This document shows positions 19,555 through 29,370 of a DNA stretch of 64,000 nucleotides, one piece after another; positions within the stretch are counted from its first letter, which is position 1; each line of letters starts with the position of its first letter. The notes beneath the pieces are model-generated. The model did no database searches. It was not told the DNA's origin and worked only from the letters and a program-made list of their open reading frames with translations. Made by a program: the position numbers and the translations under genes. This DNA is from Fimbriimonadales bacterium (lineage in GTDB: Bacteria; Armatimonadota; Fimbriimonadia; Fimbriimonadales; ATM1): contig JBGTLG010000015.1 of NCBI GenBank assembly GCA_041744215.1, forward strand, positions 64,001-128,000, read 5' to 3'.

Positions 19555-21344
19555 TGAAAAGACTTCTCCCTATCGCTTTGCTCACACTTGCCTGCGCGAT
19601 CGCACATGCTCAGTACGTCATTCAGGACTATCACGTCGACATGGAACTCCGTCAAGACGGATCCATGGGCGTGATCGAAAGAATCAACGTCAAGTTCACA
19701 ATCCCGCGTCGAGGGATCTTCCGTGTTATTCCAGTCGACTACCCCACGGGGAAAGGGATGACGCGCCGCGCGATCATCGACGTAATCGACGTCCGCGACA
19801 GTGCGGACCGAGTTCAAACAACGAAGATCGAACGAATCGGGCCGAACCTCAGCATCCGAATCGGGGACGAGAGTGTCGTTTACCCCTCCGGCACGATCAA
19901 GACATACATCATCCGTTACGAAGCCGTCGGTATGATGAACTGGTTTACGGATGAGATTGACTGGGATCCCTACGCAGAACTCTACTGGAACGTTATCGGA
20001 AACGAATGGGACACATCGATTGAGAAGGCTTCGTTTAGAGTCACATTCCCAGAAGTCCCCTCAGCGAACCACGTGCGTATGCGCGCCTTTGGCGGCGCGT
20101 ACGGTGACAGAAGTTCCATAACAGTGCGCGGATTCGGAAGCGTCGCAGCCGCTCCGCCGCTCTTCACGAGTCTCAAACTAACCCAGTCAACCGCCGAAGG
20201 GGCGCGCCTTGAGCCGTTGCCTGCCTACAATGGGCTGACAATTGTCATTAACATGCCAGCCGATTTGATTCAAAGGCCGACGGGATGGCTGTGGTTCAAG
20301 CTCGTCATACTTCCAAACATCGGATTTTTGATCCCAGTGTTCGTGTTGGTCGCAATGTTCCTCCTCTGGGCTATCTATGGGCGCGATCCCCACGGTGGGC
20401 CCGTCGTCGTGCAGTACGACCCACCCGACGGCATGACAGCATCGGAAGCCGGCGCGATGATTGACGAAAATGTTGACCAGCGTGACGTTTCCGCTGGCAT
20501 CATCAGCCTCGCTGTCAAAGGCTGCCTGGATGTCGAGTTTGGCGCAGAAGAAGGACTCATTTTTAAGCGGCGTCCCGTCATCCTTCGCACCAAAGACAAA
20601 CCCGACGATGTAAAACTTACCCCTTTCGAACAGCGCTTGCTGTCAAGGATCAAGAAAGGCGGATCAACCGTAACCGAAGACGACCTGAAAAAACACGTCG
20701 CAACGGATATGGCGACGCTCCACTCCAAACTCTACGAAAGCTTGGTGAAGCGAGGCTACTACAGGAAGTCCCCGTCCGCAGTCCGCGGTGGTTGGGCCTT
20801 CGGCGGCGTCATCGTTGTCATCGCGATCGCTTTTATTGTCGCGAACATTTCGCCATTCATAAACACGTTCCCCTCGATACTTGGAGCCGTACTGGGCTGC
20901 GCCCTTGTAATCGCATTCTCTAAAGTAATGCCGCGACGCACTATGCAGGGCGCAAAAATCGTCAAGCAAGTCCACGGATTCGAAGAGTTCATTCGCAGAG
21001 CAGAGCGCAAAGAACTTGAGTGGCAATCGAAAGTCGATCCAAGTGCGGCGCTCTTTGAAAGGTTTTTGCCGTACGCAATGGCCTTCGACCTAACCCGCGA
21101 ATGGACAAATGCGTTCTCATCGATTCTCACCGAACCGCCCAGCTGGTATCACCATCCCGGCGGCATCTCGTCTTTCAATAGCACAACCTTCTCCCACGAT
21201 CTCGACTTCGTTGGGAAGTCGCTCGCGACCAGCGCGGGGACCCCACCTCGCTCCTCAGGCGGAAGCGGCGGCAGCAGCGGCTTCTCAAGTGGAGGAGGAT
21301 TCTCAGGCGGCGGATTCGGTGGTGGTGGCGGAAGCAGTTGGTAA
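19554..21344 (+). CDS. DUF2207 membrane protein
   Basis: RGIFRVIP, ELYWNVIG, LPYAMAF, C-terminal GGGFSGGGFGGGGGSSW; TAATG coupling to lemA. Confidence 0.9.
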   Translation: MKRLLPIALLTLACAIAHAQYVIQDYHVDMELRQDGSMGVIERINVKFTIPRRGIFRVIPVDYPTGKGMTRRAIIDVIDVRDSADRVQTTKIERIGPNLSIRIGDESVVYPSGTIKTYIIRYEAVGMMNWFTDEIDWDPYAELYWNVIGNEWDTSIEKASFRVTFPEVPSANHVRMRAFGGAYGDRSSITVRGFGSVAAAPPLFTSLKLTQSTAEGARLEPLPAYNGLTIVINMPADLIQRPTGWLWFKLVILPNIGFLIPVFVLVAMFLLWAIYGRDPHGGPVVVQYDPPDGMTASEAGAMIDENVDQRDVSAGIISLAVKGCLDVEFGAEEGLIFKRRPVILRTKDKPDDVKLTPFEQRLLSRIKKGGSTVTEDDLKKHVATDMATLHSKLYESLVKRGYYRKSPSAVRGGWAFGGVIVVIAIAFIVANISPFINTFPSILGAVLGCALVIAFSKVMPRRTMQGAKIVKQVHGFEEFIRRAERKELEWQSKVDPSAALFERFLPYAMAFDLTREWTNAFSSILTEPPSWYHHPGGISSFNSTTFSHDLDFVGKSLATSAGTPPRSSGGSGGSSGFSSGGGFSGGGFGGGGGSSW

Positions 21345-21351
21345 CAATCAA

Positions 21352-21609
21352 CTAATCCTGAATCAGCCCCAGTTCTCGAAGAAGCGCAAAAGTTTCTTCG
21401 TCGCTCGGCTCCACCAAAACTCGATCTCGACCGTGAAAAACAACCGTCGGCGTGCGGCACACGCCGCCGTTGTACGACGCCGCGCGGGCATCGTCCGCCT
21501 CGCTCAAATCTAAGTCGACGAACTCATACGCCAAACCGTGATGATCCAATAGTTCGCGAGTCCGCTCGGTGTCCTCACACCACGTACAACCCAAAACCTC
21601 GATCCTCAT
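21352..21609 (-). CDS. Glutaredoxin/mycoredoxin-like protein
   Basis: WCEDT (CxxT) with an extra upstream Cys (CTWC), NGGVCRTPTV, LVEPS. Confidence 0.8.
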   Translation of the reverse strand: MRIEVLGCTWCEDTERTRELLDHHGLAYEFVDLDLSEADDARAASYNGGVCRTPTVVFHGRDRVLVEPSDEETFALLRELGLIQD

Positions 21610-22760
21610 CTCGCAACCACGGGGATCCCTCCCAACGCGCCCACCGCAAAGACATGATCGTCCTTGTTAACCTGTTGCAAAGTAAAACGGGTCGCACTCT
21701 CAACAATGTAGGCACCTTGCCAAACCGCGCTCGTGGTCTCACGCCAATACACCACCCACTTCGCGCCCTGCCTGCCCTGCCACGTAACCGTCGTGTCGTG
21801 TCCCTGACGCATATCGATTCGCACATTCGTCGGAGCCTCTCCAGCCAAGCCAAGCGAGTACATCGTCACCAAGTTTGCACGCGTGACGTTGGCTAAGTAA
21901 CTCCAATCCATAAACTCGGGCAGATCATCTGGCGTGTGCTGACGCGAATACTCCTCGTGCACTTCGATGAACCGCACCGCGTCGAAGCCCTCGTCATTGA
22001 AAGGCGTATGGTCTCCCCTCCTTCCAAACCGATCGCGACGAAACACCAGCTTAATCTCAAAGTTCTTCATGTTCGTCCGCACCAGATACTCAATCAGCCG
22101 CGCAAGCTCCCGACTGTTATGTGCATCGGACTCATCGCTAAACACTCGAACCCGCTTATCATCCTTCTGACCTGCCTTGTTCTCGCTCGAACCCACTGTA
22201 TCGTTGTTAAGCACGGCGTCAACTTTCCAACCTTCTGCCTTCGCACGCTTTGCCAGCGCCCGCGCCCCATGCAGTCCCTGCTCCTCGCCAGTAAATCCTA
22301 TAAACACCAATGTCTCCTTCCACTTCTTCCCCGCCATCACCCGCGCCAGTTCCAGCGCGAGTGCAACTCCGCTCGCATCATCGTTCGCTCCAGGAGCACG
22401 CCCAGTCGCTGCATCCACCTGCAGATTCAGCGAGTCCAAATGACCCCCGACCAAAACACGCCGCTCCGTCTCACCGCGCAAAACAGCCACCACCTGCACA
22501 ACTTCACGGTCCTCCGGCACGCGCCGCCCCGCAGGAATGACGTACCGCATCAACTCCACCTCAACGCCAGGAATCTTCCGATACTCGCCAGCAAGCCACT
22601 CGGCTGCCTCGTTCAACATCGGACTCAGCGTGTTCCGAGTGTGAAACGACGCCAACTTCTCAACGGTTGCGCGCAACCGCGAAGAATCCACCTGCCCAAT
22701 CAAATCCTGCAAGTCGCTCGGCGACCCTTGCACCGCCACGGCCAACAACGCTGCGATCAT
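21606..22760 (-). CDS. M28 family metallopeptidase, exported
   Basis: GGHLDS, PGANDDASG, GEEQGL, NNDTVG, GDHTPF. Confidence 0.92.
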   Translation of the reverse strand: MIAALLAVAVQGSPSDLQDLIGQVDSSRLRATVEKLASFHTRNTLSPMLNEAAEWLAGEYRKIPGVEVELMRYVIPAGRRVPEDREVVQVVAVLRGETERRVLVGGHLDSLNLQVDAATGRAPGANDDASGVALALELARVMAGKKWKETLVFIGFTGEEQGLHGARALAKRAKAEGWKVDAVLNNDTVGSSENKAGQKDDKRVRVFSDESDAHNSRELARLIEYLVRTNMKNFEIKLVFRRDRFGRRGDHTPFNDEGFDAVRFIEVHEEYSRQHTPDDLPEFMDWSYLANVTRANLVTMYSLGLAGEAPTNVRIDMRQGHDTTVTWQGRQGAKWVVYWRETTSAVWQGAYIVESATRFTLQQVNKDDHVFAVGALGGIPVVAR

Positions 22761-23296
22761 AACACCGTTGTACCCCGACGAACACCAGCCAGCCACTCCT
22801 CAGTCTCTGCAGGTCGCCGCAACCACACCACGTCCCTCCCAGAAGCAACCCATTCACGAATTCTCTTCCGCTTTCGCGCAAACGATCGGAAGTGCCAGAG
22901 CAAAATCGATTCGCGAGACAAAGTCGTCCGCAAAGTTTCGCGGTTCCCATTGCAGATCGATCGCCCATCCACAACGCGCGCAACCGTCCGCCTAAGCAGC
23001 CGACCGAACGAAACCCAACGCGGATAATCCAAGCCCACAATCACCTCCGCTCGCGATAACGGTATCTCCAGCCACTTCGCATACGCAGTATCCAAAATCC
23101 ACTCATCACGCGAGCAAATCTCCGTGATCGCCGCAACCTGCTCATCCAGGGGAACCGCCTCCCAGCCAGGCCGAAACGTCAGATCATCCACCGAATACCA
23201 AGGAATCCCGGTCACCTCGCTAAGCCGACCCGCCAGCAGCGTCTTCCCAGACCCCGTCACCCCATACACCAATATCCGCCGAGCACAGCTACTCAC
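22757..23296 (-). CDS. Adenylate-kinase-like P-loop protein (FlaR/topology-modulation family)
   Basis: GVTGSGKT, VDDLTFRPGW, WILD, CNGNRE. Confidence 0.8.
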   Translation of the reverse strand: MSSCARRILVYGVTGSGKTLLAGRLSEVTGIPWYSVDDLTFRPGWEAVPLDEQVAAITEICSRDEWILDTAYAKWLEIPLSRAEVIVGLDYPRWVSFGRLLRRTVARVVDGRSICNGNRETLRTTLSRESILLWHFRSFARKRKRIREWVASGRDVVWLRRPAETEEWLAGVRRGTTVL

Positions 23297-23354
23297 CCCG
23301 CCATTTTGCGCGATGCAGGACTAACCGCCACCAATCGCGAATACCCACGAAACC

Positions 23355-25019
23355 ATGACCCGCAAAGAGTTCCTATCACGAGCCATCGTCGCAGCCGCGG
23401 CTACTGCCCTCCCGCCCGGCGTCCTCGCAAAGCAAACCCAACAAAACCAAAGCGGGATAACCATCGAAGACATAAAAGCCGCAGCCAAAGTCGCAGCAGT
23501 CGAATTCACCGACGAAGAGCTTCAACAAATCCTGCGACAGATCCAAACCGCCTCGACACAAGCGAAGGACGCGCGCAAGAACAAACTCGACAACTCTGTC
23601 GCGCCGCCAACCCCGTTCTTCCCGTCGCCAGACCGAACTCAAGAAATCAACACGCACATCACTTTCGAATCGGAAGCGCGGCCCAAGCCGAAAGACGACG
23701 ATCTCGCATTCGCAACCGTCGCAGAAATCGCCACACTCGTCAAAGCCAAACACATCTCACCAGTCGAACTGACCAGCTTCTTCCTAAACCGCATGAGACA
23801 ATACGGCGAGAAGCTCATATGCATCGCATCGCTAACAGAAGAGCGCGCGCTCCGAATGGCAAAAAAAGCGGAAGACGAGATCATGGCCGGAAACTATCGC
23901 GGCCCGTTGCACGGAATCCCCTGCGGAATCAAAGACCTCTTCGCAACCAAAGGATACAAAACGACCTGGGGCGCAGAACCATACAAGGATCAAACCCTCG
24001 ATTACGACGCTGCGCTCGTCGAAAAACTCGACGAAGCAGGAGCAATCATCATTGCGAAACTGAGCCTCGGTGCGCTCGCAATGGGCGACGTCTGGTTCAA
24101 AGGGCGAACCAAAAACCCGTGGAATCCAGAGCAAGGATCTTCGGGCTCATCCGCCGGCTCTTGCGCTGCGGTCGCTGCGGGTCTTGTGCCATTCGCAATA
24201 GGAACAGAAACGCTCGGATCAATCGTCTCGCCAAGCCACCAGTGCCGAGTAACGGGATTGCGCCCAACTTTCGGAAGAGTCTCGCGACACGGCGCGATGG
24301 CGCTCAGCTGGTCAATGGACAAAGTCGGACCAATCTGCAGAACCGCGCAAGACTGCGCCATCGTCCTATCCCAAATCATCGGCGCAGACCAACGCGATGA
24401 GAGCACAATCGACAAACCGTTCATCTACCCGCCAACAAACACACTCCGCAACGCAAAAGTCGGTGTGCTCCTGCAGCCAGACGACGACCCAACCGGCGAT
24501 GCATGGCAACGCGCAAAGCAGCAAGACTTCGCAAAAGTCCTCGAGGAACTCGGCGCAAACCTCGTCCCGATTCAATTCGACGCAGCGTTCCCGTCTGCGA
24601 TCAACATCCTTTATGCGGAGTGCGGTTCTGCGTTCGACGACTTTGTTCTAAGCGAAGCAGTCCACGACCTAAAAAACAGCACCTGGCCACAAACCTTCCG
24701 AATGTCGCGATTTATCTCATCAGTCGATTACCTCCGAGCGATGCGCATGCGCCGCGAAATGATGGAAGCGTTTGAAGAGAAGATGAAAACAGTAGACTTC
24801 TATGTAGGCCCAGAACGCGCGCTCGCGACTCTGCTCCCAACCAATCTAACAGGACACCCGCAAATCCTCGTGCCAAATGGCTCAACCGAAACCGGCGCTC
24901 AACGCTCGATGTCCTTCGTCGGCCAACTCTACGGCGAATCCGCAATCGCCGCCGCAGCATGGGAATACCAAAAAGTCGTCAAACACCACGAAAAACGCCC
25001 AGACTTGAGCAAACTGTAA
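23355..25019 (+). CDS. Amidase-signature family enzyme with Tat-like signal
   Basis: TRKEFL leader, GPLHGIPCGIKD, GSSGSSAGS, GTETLGSIVSPS. Confidence 0.92.
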   Translation: MTRKEFLSRAIVAAAATALPPGVLAKQTQQNQSGITIEDIKAAAKVAAVEFTDEELQQILRQIQTASTQAKDARKNKLDNSVAPPTPFFPSPDRTQEINTHITFESEARPKPKDDDLAFATVAEIATLVKAKHISPVELTSFFLNRMRQYGEKLICIASLTEERALRMAKKAEDEIMAGNYRGPLHGIPCGIKDLFATKGYKTTWGAEPYKDQTLDYDAALVEKLDEAGAIIIAKLSLGALAMGDVWFKGRTKNPWNPEQGSSGSSAGSCAAVAAGLVPFAIGTETLGSIVSPSHQCRVTGLRPTFGRVSRHGAMALSWSMDKVGPICRTAQDCAIVLSQIIGADQRDESTIDKPFIYPPTNTLRNAKVGVLLQPDDDPTGDAWQRAKQQDFAKVLEELGANLVPIQFDAAFPSAINILYAECGSAFDDFVLSEAVHDLKNSTWPQTFRMSRFISSVDYLRAMRMRREMMEAFEEKMKTVDFYVGPERALATLLPTNLTGHPQILVPNGSTETGAQRSMSFVGQLYGESAIAAAAWEYQKVVKHHEKRPDLSKL

Positions 25020-25078
25020 GCGAGTTCGTACGCAAGCGATCGCAAGCGCTCATCAGCGACGTTGACGCCTGTCAACGC

Positions 25079-25792
25079 CTATTCGGTTGTTAGGCGCCAC
25101 ACAGACTGTCTGCCGTGCAAGACAACCGAAAGCAAGACTCGATCTGAGGGTCCCCATTTGCCGCTGCGAAACTCCTTCACCTTATCGGGGCTTGGATCCC
25201 ACTGCGCACACCCTTGCCCTACCACCTTCCCAGAACTTCCGTCGATGAAGCGTATGTTGAGAAGTACCGTTTGATCGCGCGATATCTCTACGTAGTACGG
25301 CGCGCCACGAACGACCGCTCTCGGCCGGGCGCCTGTCTCCAGCGTAACTCCCGCATCCAAACTCGAATAAACCTCAGCGAAGCTAACTTGATGAAGCCCG
25401 CCGATCCGATCCGTCGGACCGGCTCGTTCGCTGAGCTCACTATCGGGTCGCCAACTCGATCGCAGCGTTAGAAGCGAACCATCTGCATTCGTCGTAGCCG
25501 CCGACAACCGGGCAGCGCCTCGGTACTTTATGAAAGGGCGCCAACCTTCCCGCGGACTGTCTTGCACCTCTCGCGGCGCGGGCAGTGGCCAGCTGCCAAC
25601 AGCTACGTTTGCAGTTGCAGTCCCGTCAGGGACTGCGGTGATGTCCCCCAACACAAGGAACTCCTCCCTCACCGTACCGCGACCGACCGATGCAGAAACA
25701 AAAGTCCACACGGCCGTGCCTTCGCGGTCGGCCCACACTCCCGGCAAGTGACCGGGAACCAGAGCTTGCACAACTAAAACAATGCTTAACAT
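25079..25792 (-). CDS. Hypothetical exported protein
   Basis: GGAGG RBS and CATAAT -10; hydrophobic N-terminus; no recognised domain. Confidence 0.55.
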   Translation of the reverse strand: MLSIVLVVQALVPGHLPGVWADREGTAVWTFVSASVGRGTVREEFLVLGDITAVPDGTATANVAVGSWPLPAPREVQDSPREGWRPFIKYRGAARLSAATTNADGSLLTLRSSWRPDSELSERAGPTDRIGGLHQVSFAEVYSSLDAGVTLETGARPRAVVRGAPYYVEISRDQTVLLNIRFIDGSSGKVVGQGCAQWDPSPDKVKEFRSGKWGPSDRVLLSVVLHGRQSVWRLTTE

Positions 25793-25944
25793 CTCAAACC
25801 TCCGGCACCAATTATGTCACACGAAGTCCGAAAGGCCAACGCTCGCCTCCGCCAGGTACATCTTACAGCGCCCCGAACTAACTCATTCGAGTGAACGCAG
25901 TCGGCGGACGCGCCAAAGGCAAACAAAGCAGATACCTTCCCTCC

Positions 25945-27942
25945 TCACCGGCTTCGAATCCCCACTGCCTGATCGGATAGCCTTGTCAAGAACCCGGCGG
26001 GCAACCCGGAAGGTTCACTCCACGAACTCCCCGGCGCAATCGACTGCGTTGAAGTGTAGACACCTCCACGCCCAGGCCCCGCGGTAACCCCGACGAGAAG
26101 AGTTTCCTCGATCAGCGGTAGAAACAAAGCTCCTGGTTTCTCGAGTTCCTTCAGAGACTCCGCAGCCGCCGAAGCGCGAAAGAACACGATACTGCCGTCA
26201 CGCGACATCCCTAACGCCGATGCCTCCACCAACCGTACTTGAAGGCGGATGTCACCGAGCCCCTGCACCGGAATGAACTCGGTCAGTTCTTTGTCAATCA
26301 CACTCCTCGGGTCACTCATCAGGTGCTCTCTTGCAAACGATTCATACTCAGGTCCAAGCCATCGCAATCCGCTTGTATCCCCGATCGTCGGCCTCGCCCG
26401 AACCAGAGCCTCCGTCAAATGAGATCGCTGCGCATCCGTCATGGAGAGGAACGAAATGTCCATGCCCGATGCGGACTCTGTTCGTTGCCCAGGGGCTAAG
26501 GAGTGCCAGAATCGCAGTAGGTGGGCGGATGCAAACGTCGGACCCTGAATTCGCCCTCCCGTGATGTATTGGCCTGAAACCGTTGCCAACTGAAGATCGC
26601 TCAGCTCATTAGCAATTGCTGATAGCTGAGTCATCGAAAGTCCGTCGGCAATATCGTATGCACTTTCTAAGCGCGACAATGTGCGCCGGGGAATTGTTCT
26701 CGCACGAGAAACGGCTCTGCGTCGATCCGAGACCTCAATCCAGCCGTTCCTAACTCTCCACTGTTGCCACGGTGCGGTCATCGCCGTAAGCACTGCCGAT
26801 ACGGTTGGTCGAGAAACGGCGAATCGAGAGTAAGATCCAAACGGTCGATCAGATGCATGAGCGATTAAGCTATGTTTCGTGTGCCTTGCGACTTCACCGA
26901 GACCCATTGCGAATGGTCGTAACGGCTCCCACTTACCGTCCTCCGTTCGGTAGATCGGGTGCGTTCTGACATTCATATCAAGCGAGACTGAGTCAACAGC
27001 CAATGCTGTGCGGCGAATGGCATCGCTAATCGGAAGCAACGATTCGAATATCTCTGGCAATTCCACGTCCTCGTGGTCGAATCGCATGGCTTGATATGTC
27101 AGAAGACGAACAAAGTCCGTCCGCAAGATCGTTCCGTCGATGCCCATGAGTTCAATGGTTGCCACCAGCGTATGTGCGTTGCCTAACGGGTCTCCGTCCT
27201 GATAGATCACTCGGACCTTATTGATCTCACGCGATGGTTCCGATGGTGATAGGACATCCTTCAAAGCGTCCCGCGACGATTTCGGCAGTTCGTGCTGCAT
27301 CGCAGTCGGGTCGGTTGATAAGACTATCGCCCGCCTGGTCGCAAGGTGCACCAACATCTTCTCATCCAGACCGACAAAGCCGGTAGCCGCCAACCGCCAA
27401 GAAGCCGAATGACTGCTTCGAAGCGATCCGATCTGTTCTTGGACCTGGCGCGCCTCACTGACTTTGCCAGAATTGATGAAATCCTGCCAGATCGTTTCTA
27501 AAGCTTGTATCAGGGCCTTAGTCTCTTCATCGTTTCGCTTGCCTGTTTCTTGCAATGACTCTCGCAGTTGTTCTTGCGCTGCTTTCAAGTCAGCGGCAAG
27601 CTCCTTCGCAAACGATTCTGCTTCCGCCTCGCGATGCGCTTCCGCCTGATACAGATAGTAGCCGTCGTCGCGCCTTCTCCATGAAAGGTTCATGTGTTCC
27701 GAGATCTTGCGGAGCACATCGCGCGCAGCTTGCTCCCTAACAACGATCACAAGAAGGTCTTCCGCAACCGCAGGCGCTGCAAGGAGCATTACGTCAAGCT
27801 GCTCGCCAACCATATCGATCACATCACCAATGGCGGCGACCCCGGTCTCAAACGTGAGCGGCTGATCTAAGCGAAGGTCACCCGCGAAAACATCCTCCGC
27901 CGACGTGGAGAGGGCGATGCCAAGGAGCACGCTGGACACCAT
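25945..27942 (-). CDS. Large hypothetical exported protein (N-terminal STN/N0-like segment, coiled coil)
   Basis: ATG 27942 gives signal peptide MVSSVLLGIALSTSA; long open frame; no catalytic motif recognised. Confidence 0.65.
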   Translation of the reverse strand: MVSSVLLGIALSTSAEDVFAGDLRLDQPLTFETGVAAIGDVIDMVGEQLDVMLLAAPAVAEDLLVIVVREQAARDVLRKISEHMNLSWRRRDDGYYLYQAEAHREAEAESFAKELAADLKAAQEQLRESLQETGKRNDEETKALIQALETIWQDFINSGKVSEARQVQEQIGSLRSSHSASWRLAATGFVGLDEKMLVHLATRRAIVLSTDPTAMQHELPKSSRDALKDVLSPSEPSREINKVRVIYQDGDPLGNAHTLVATIELMGIDGTILRTDFVRLLTYQAMRFDHEDVELPEIFESLLPISDAIRRTALAVDSVSLDMNVRTHPIYRTEDGKWEPLRPFAMGLGEVARHTKHSLIAHASDRPFGSYSRFAVSRPTVSAVLTAMTAPWQQWRVRNGWIEVSDRRRAVSRARTIPRRTLSRLESAYDIADGLSMTQLSAIANELSDLQLATVSGQYITGGRIQGPTFASAHLLRFWHSLAPGQRTESASGMDISFLSMTDAQRSHLTEALVRARPTIGDTSGLRWLGPEYESFAREHLMSDPRSVIDKELTEFIPVQGLGDIRLQVRLVEASALGMSRDGSIVFFRASAAAESLKELEKPGALFLPLIEETLLVGVTAGPGRGGVYTSTQSIAPGSSWSEPSGLPAGFLTRLSDQAVGIRSR

Positions 27943-28188
27943 GCTACAAAGTATGGCCGGTATTGAGCAGTTGTTTGTGCGAGTAGACCCTTCACTCGCT
28001 TTGAGAGGAATCCGTGTGGTCACCCCGGAGGGCAGCCGGGTGGTCCTCTCCTGATTCCGTGTGAGTGCCCCTGAAATCCGATTGACGCCTCGCAATCCGC
28101 ACGGTGCCCCGCCGCCGCCCGCAAACGACAAGACTAAACTCCACACCCCAAGGTTGACATCCTCCCCCCTCATGCCCTATCCAGCGGT

Positions 28189-29370
28189 ATGCCGAGAGAC
28201 GAACAACTCGAAAAACTCAATGACGCCCTCCTTGACCCCGATGCAAGACGCAGAGCCGTTGAGGACCGCCGCTTCTATCTCGACTCCCTCTTCACCTCTT
28301 TCGAAGAATTCCCGCCTTCCCCGCCGCCGTTCCTAATCGATGGTCTCCTGCCACTCGGCTACCTCACTATCCTCGCGGGCGACCCCAAATCCGGCAAAAC
28401 CGCCCTCGCGTCCGCAATCGCTCTCGCGGTCGCACAAGGACTCCCTTTCGCAGGAATGAAAACAGCCGAGTCGCCGGTCCTCTGGCTCTCGCTCGAAGAG
28501 AGCCGCCGCGAAAGAGCAGCGGTCCTCTTCCCTGTCGTTCTCCAACACGCCCCCGAAGACCCACGAAGGATCGGGTCCCTCGACTCCGGCCCCAAAATTC
28601 CGATCTACACCTGCCACGGCGGCATCGCCATAGACACAGAAGAAGGAATCGAAGTCCTTGACCACTGGATCGACAAAACGCGCGCGAAGCTGATCGTCGT
28701 TGACCCGCTTCACGCTGCCCACTCGGGCAGAAGCCTCCAAGACGGATGGTCCGCGAGAAAATCGCTGAGGATGCTGAAACGGCTCTGCAGTGAATGCGGC
28801 CTGACGGCCATCGTACTCCACCACCTCACCGTGCGAGGAAAGCGCCGCGTCGCAGAAAGCGCGCAGATCACCGCGATTGCCAGCATGGTCATGATGCTAT
28901 CGCACCAACAAATCACCAGCGAAGCCGAGCCGAACTCACTGGAAGACGGTGAACCAGCGCAACGACCCTCTCGCATCATCACGCTGAGGTGCTCGGGTCG
29001 CGGCGAAGCAACCAACCGAACGCTTCACTTAGCAAGTGACAGCCCGCTTGACTATCGGCTGACAGATCCGCCAATCGAGCCTAAGGTCGAGCCAAGAAAA
29101 CTGAATCGCCCCCGCCCTATCGACGAACTTGTAGTTCGGGTCCTAAACGAAGGAGCCCACCTGGCCGCAAATGACATAGCCGGAAAGCTTGGCGTTAACG
29201 TAAACAGCGTTCGAAATGCGATACCGCGACTCGTGCACAGTGGCCAAATCCGCCTGATCGCAGTCGTTTCGGGAACGTCCATCTACGGCCCGCCGACAGA
29301 TTTCGCTCCGTTAACAATTAAAACAAGTGATGAGTCCAGTGAGTCCAGTGAGTCCAGTGAGTCCCGCTAA
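28189..29370 (+). CDS. AAA_25 / RepA-like RecA-fold ATPase with C-terminal winged HTH
   Basis: FLIDGLLP, Walker A AGDPKSGKT, VLWLSLEE, Walker B LIVVDP, IVLHH; C-terminal ANDIAGKLGVNVNSVRNAIPRL. TTGACA-N18-TATCCA promoter. Confidence 0.82.
   Translation: MPRDEQLEKLNDALLDPDARRRAVEDRRFYLDSLFTSFEEFPPSPPPFLIDGLLPLGYLTILAGDPKSGKTALASAIALAVAQGLPFAGMKTAESPVLWLSLEESRRERAAVLFPVVLQHAPEDPRRIGSLDSGPKIPIYTCHGGIAIDTEEGIEVLDHWIDKTRAKLIVVDPLHAAHSGRSLQDGWSARKSLRMLKRLCSECGLTAIVLHHLTVRGKRRVAESAQITAIASMVMMLSHQQITSEAEPNSLEDGEPAQRPSRIITLRCSGRGEATNRTLHLASDSPLDYRLTDPPIEPKVEPRKLNRPRPIDELVVRVLNEGAHLAANDIAGKLGVNVNSVRNAIPRLVHSGQIRLIAVVSGTSIYGPPTDFAPLTIKTSDESSESSESSESR
29331..29364 (+). repeat. 9-bp tandem repeat (TGAGTCCAG)x3 plus TGAGTCC
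   Basis: Read directly; encodes ESSESSESSES at the ATPase C-terminus. Confidence 0.95.

Noticed and set aside
21255-21344. GGC/GGT-rich low-complexity tract
   Set aside because: Normal Gly/Ser tail of DUF2207 proteins.
21936-24400. Long alternative ORFs 21936..23027 and 23306..24400
   Set aside because: Shadow frames of the M28 peptidase, FlaR-like and amidase genes, favoured by T-poor composition; no motifs.
25795-25822. TTATGTCACAC resembling the XerD arm of a dif site
   Set aside because: No matching XerC arm; better explained as the CATAAT -10 of the minus-strand gene.
29331-29364. Tandem repeat as a CRISPR array
   Set aside because: Contiguous 9-mers without spacers; no cas genes.
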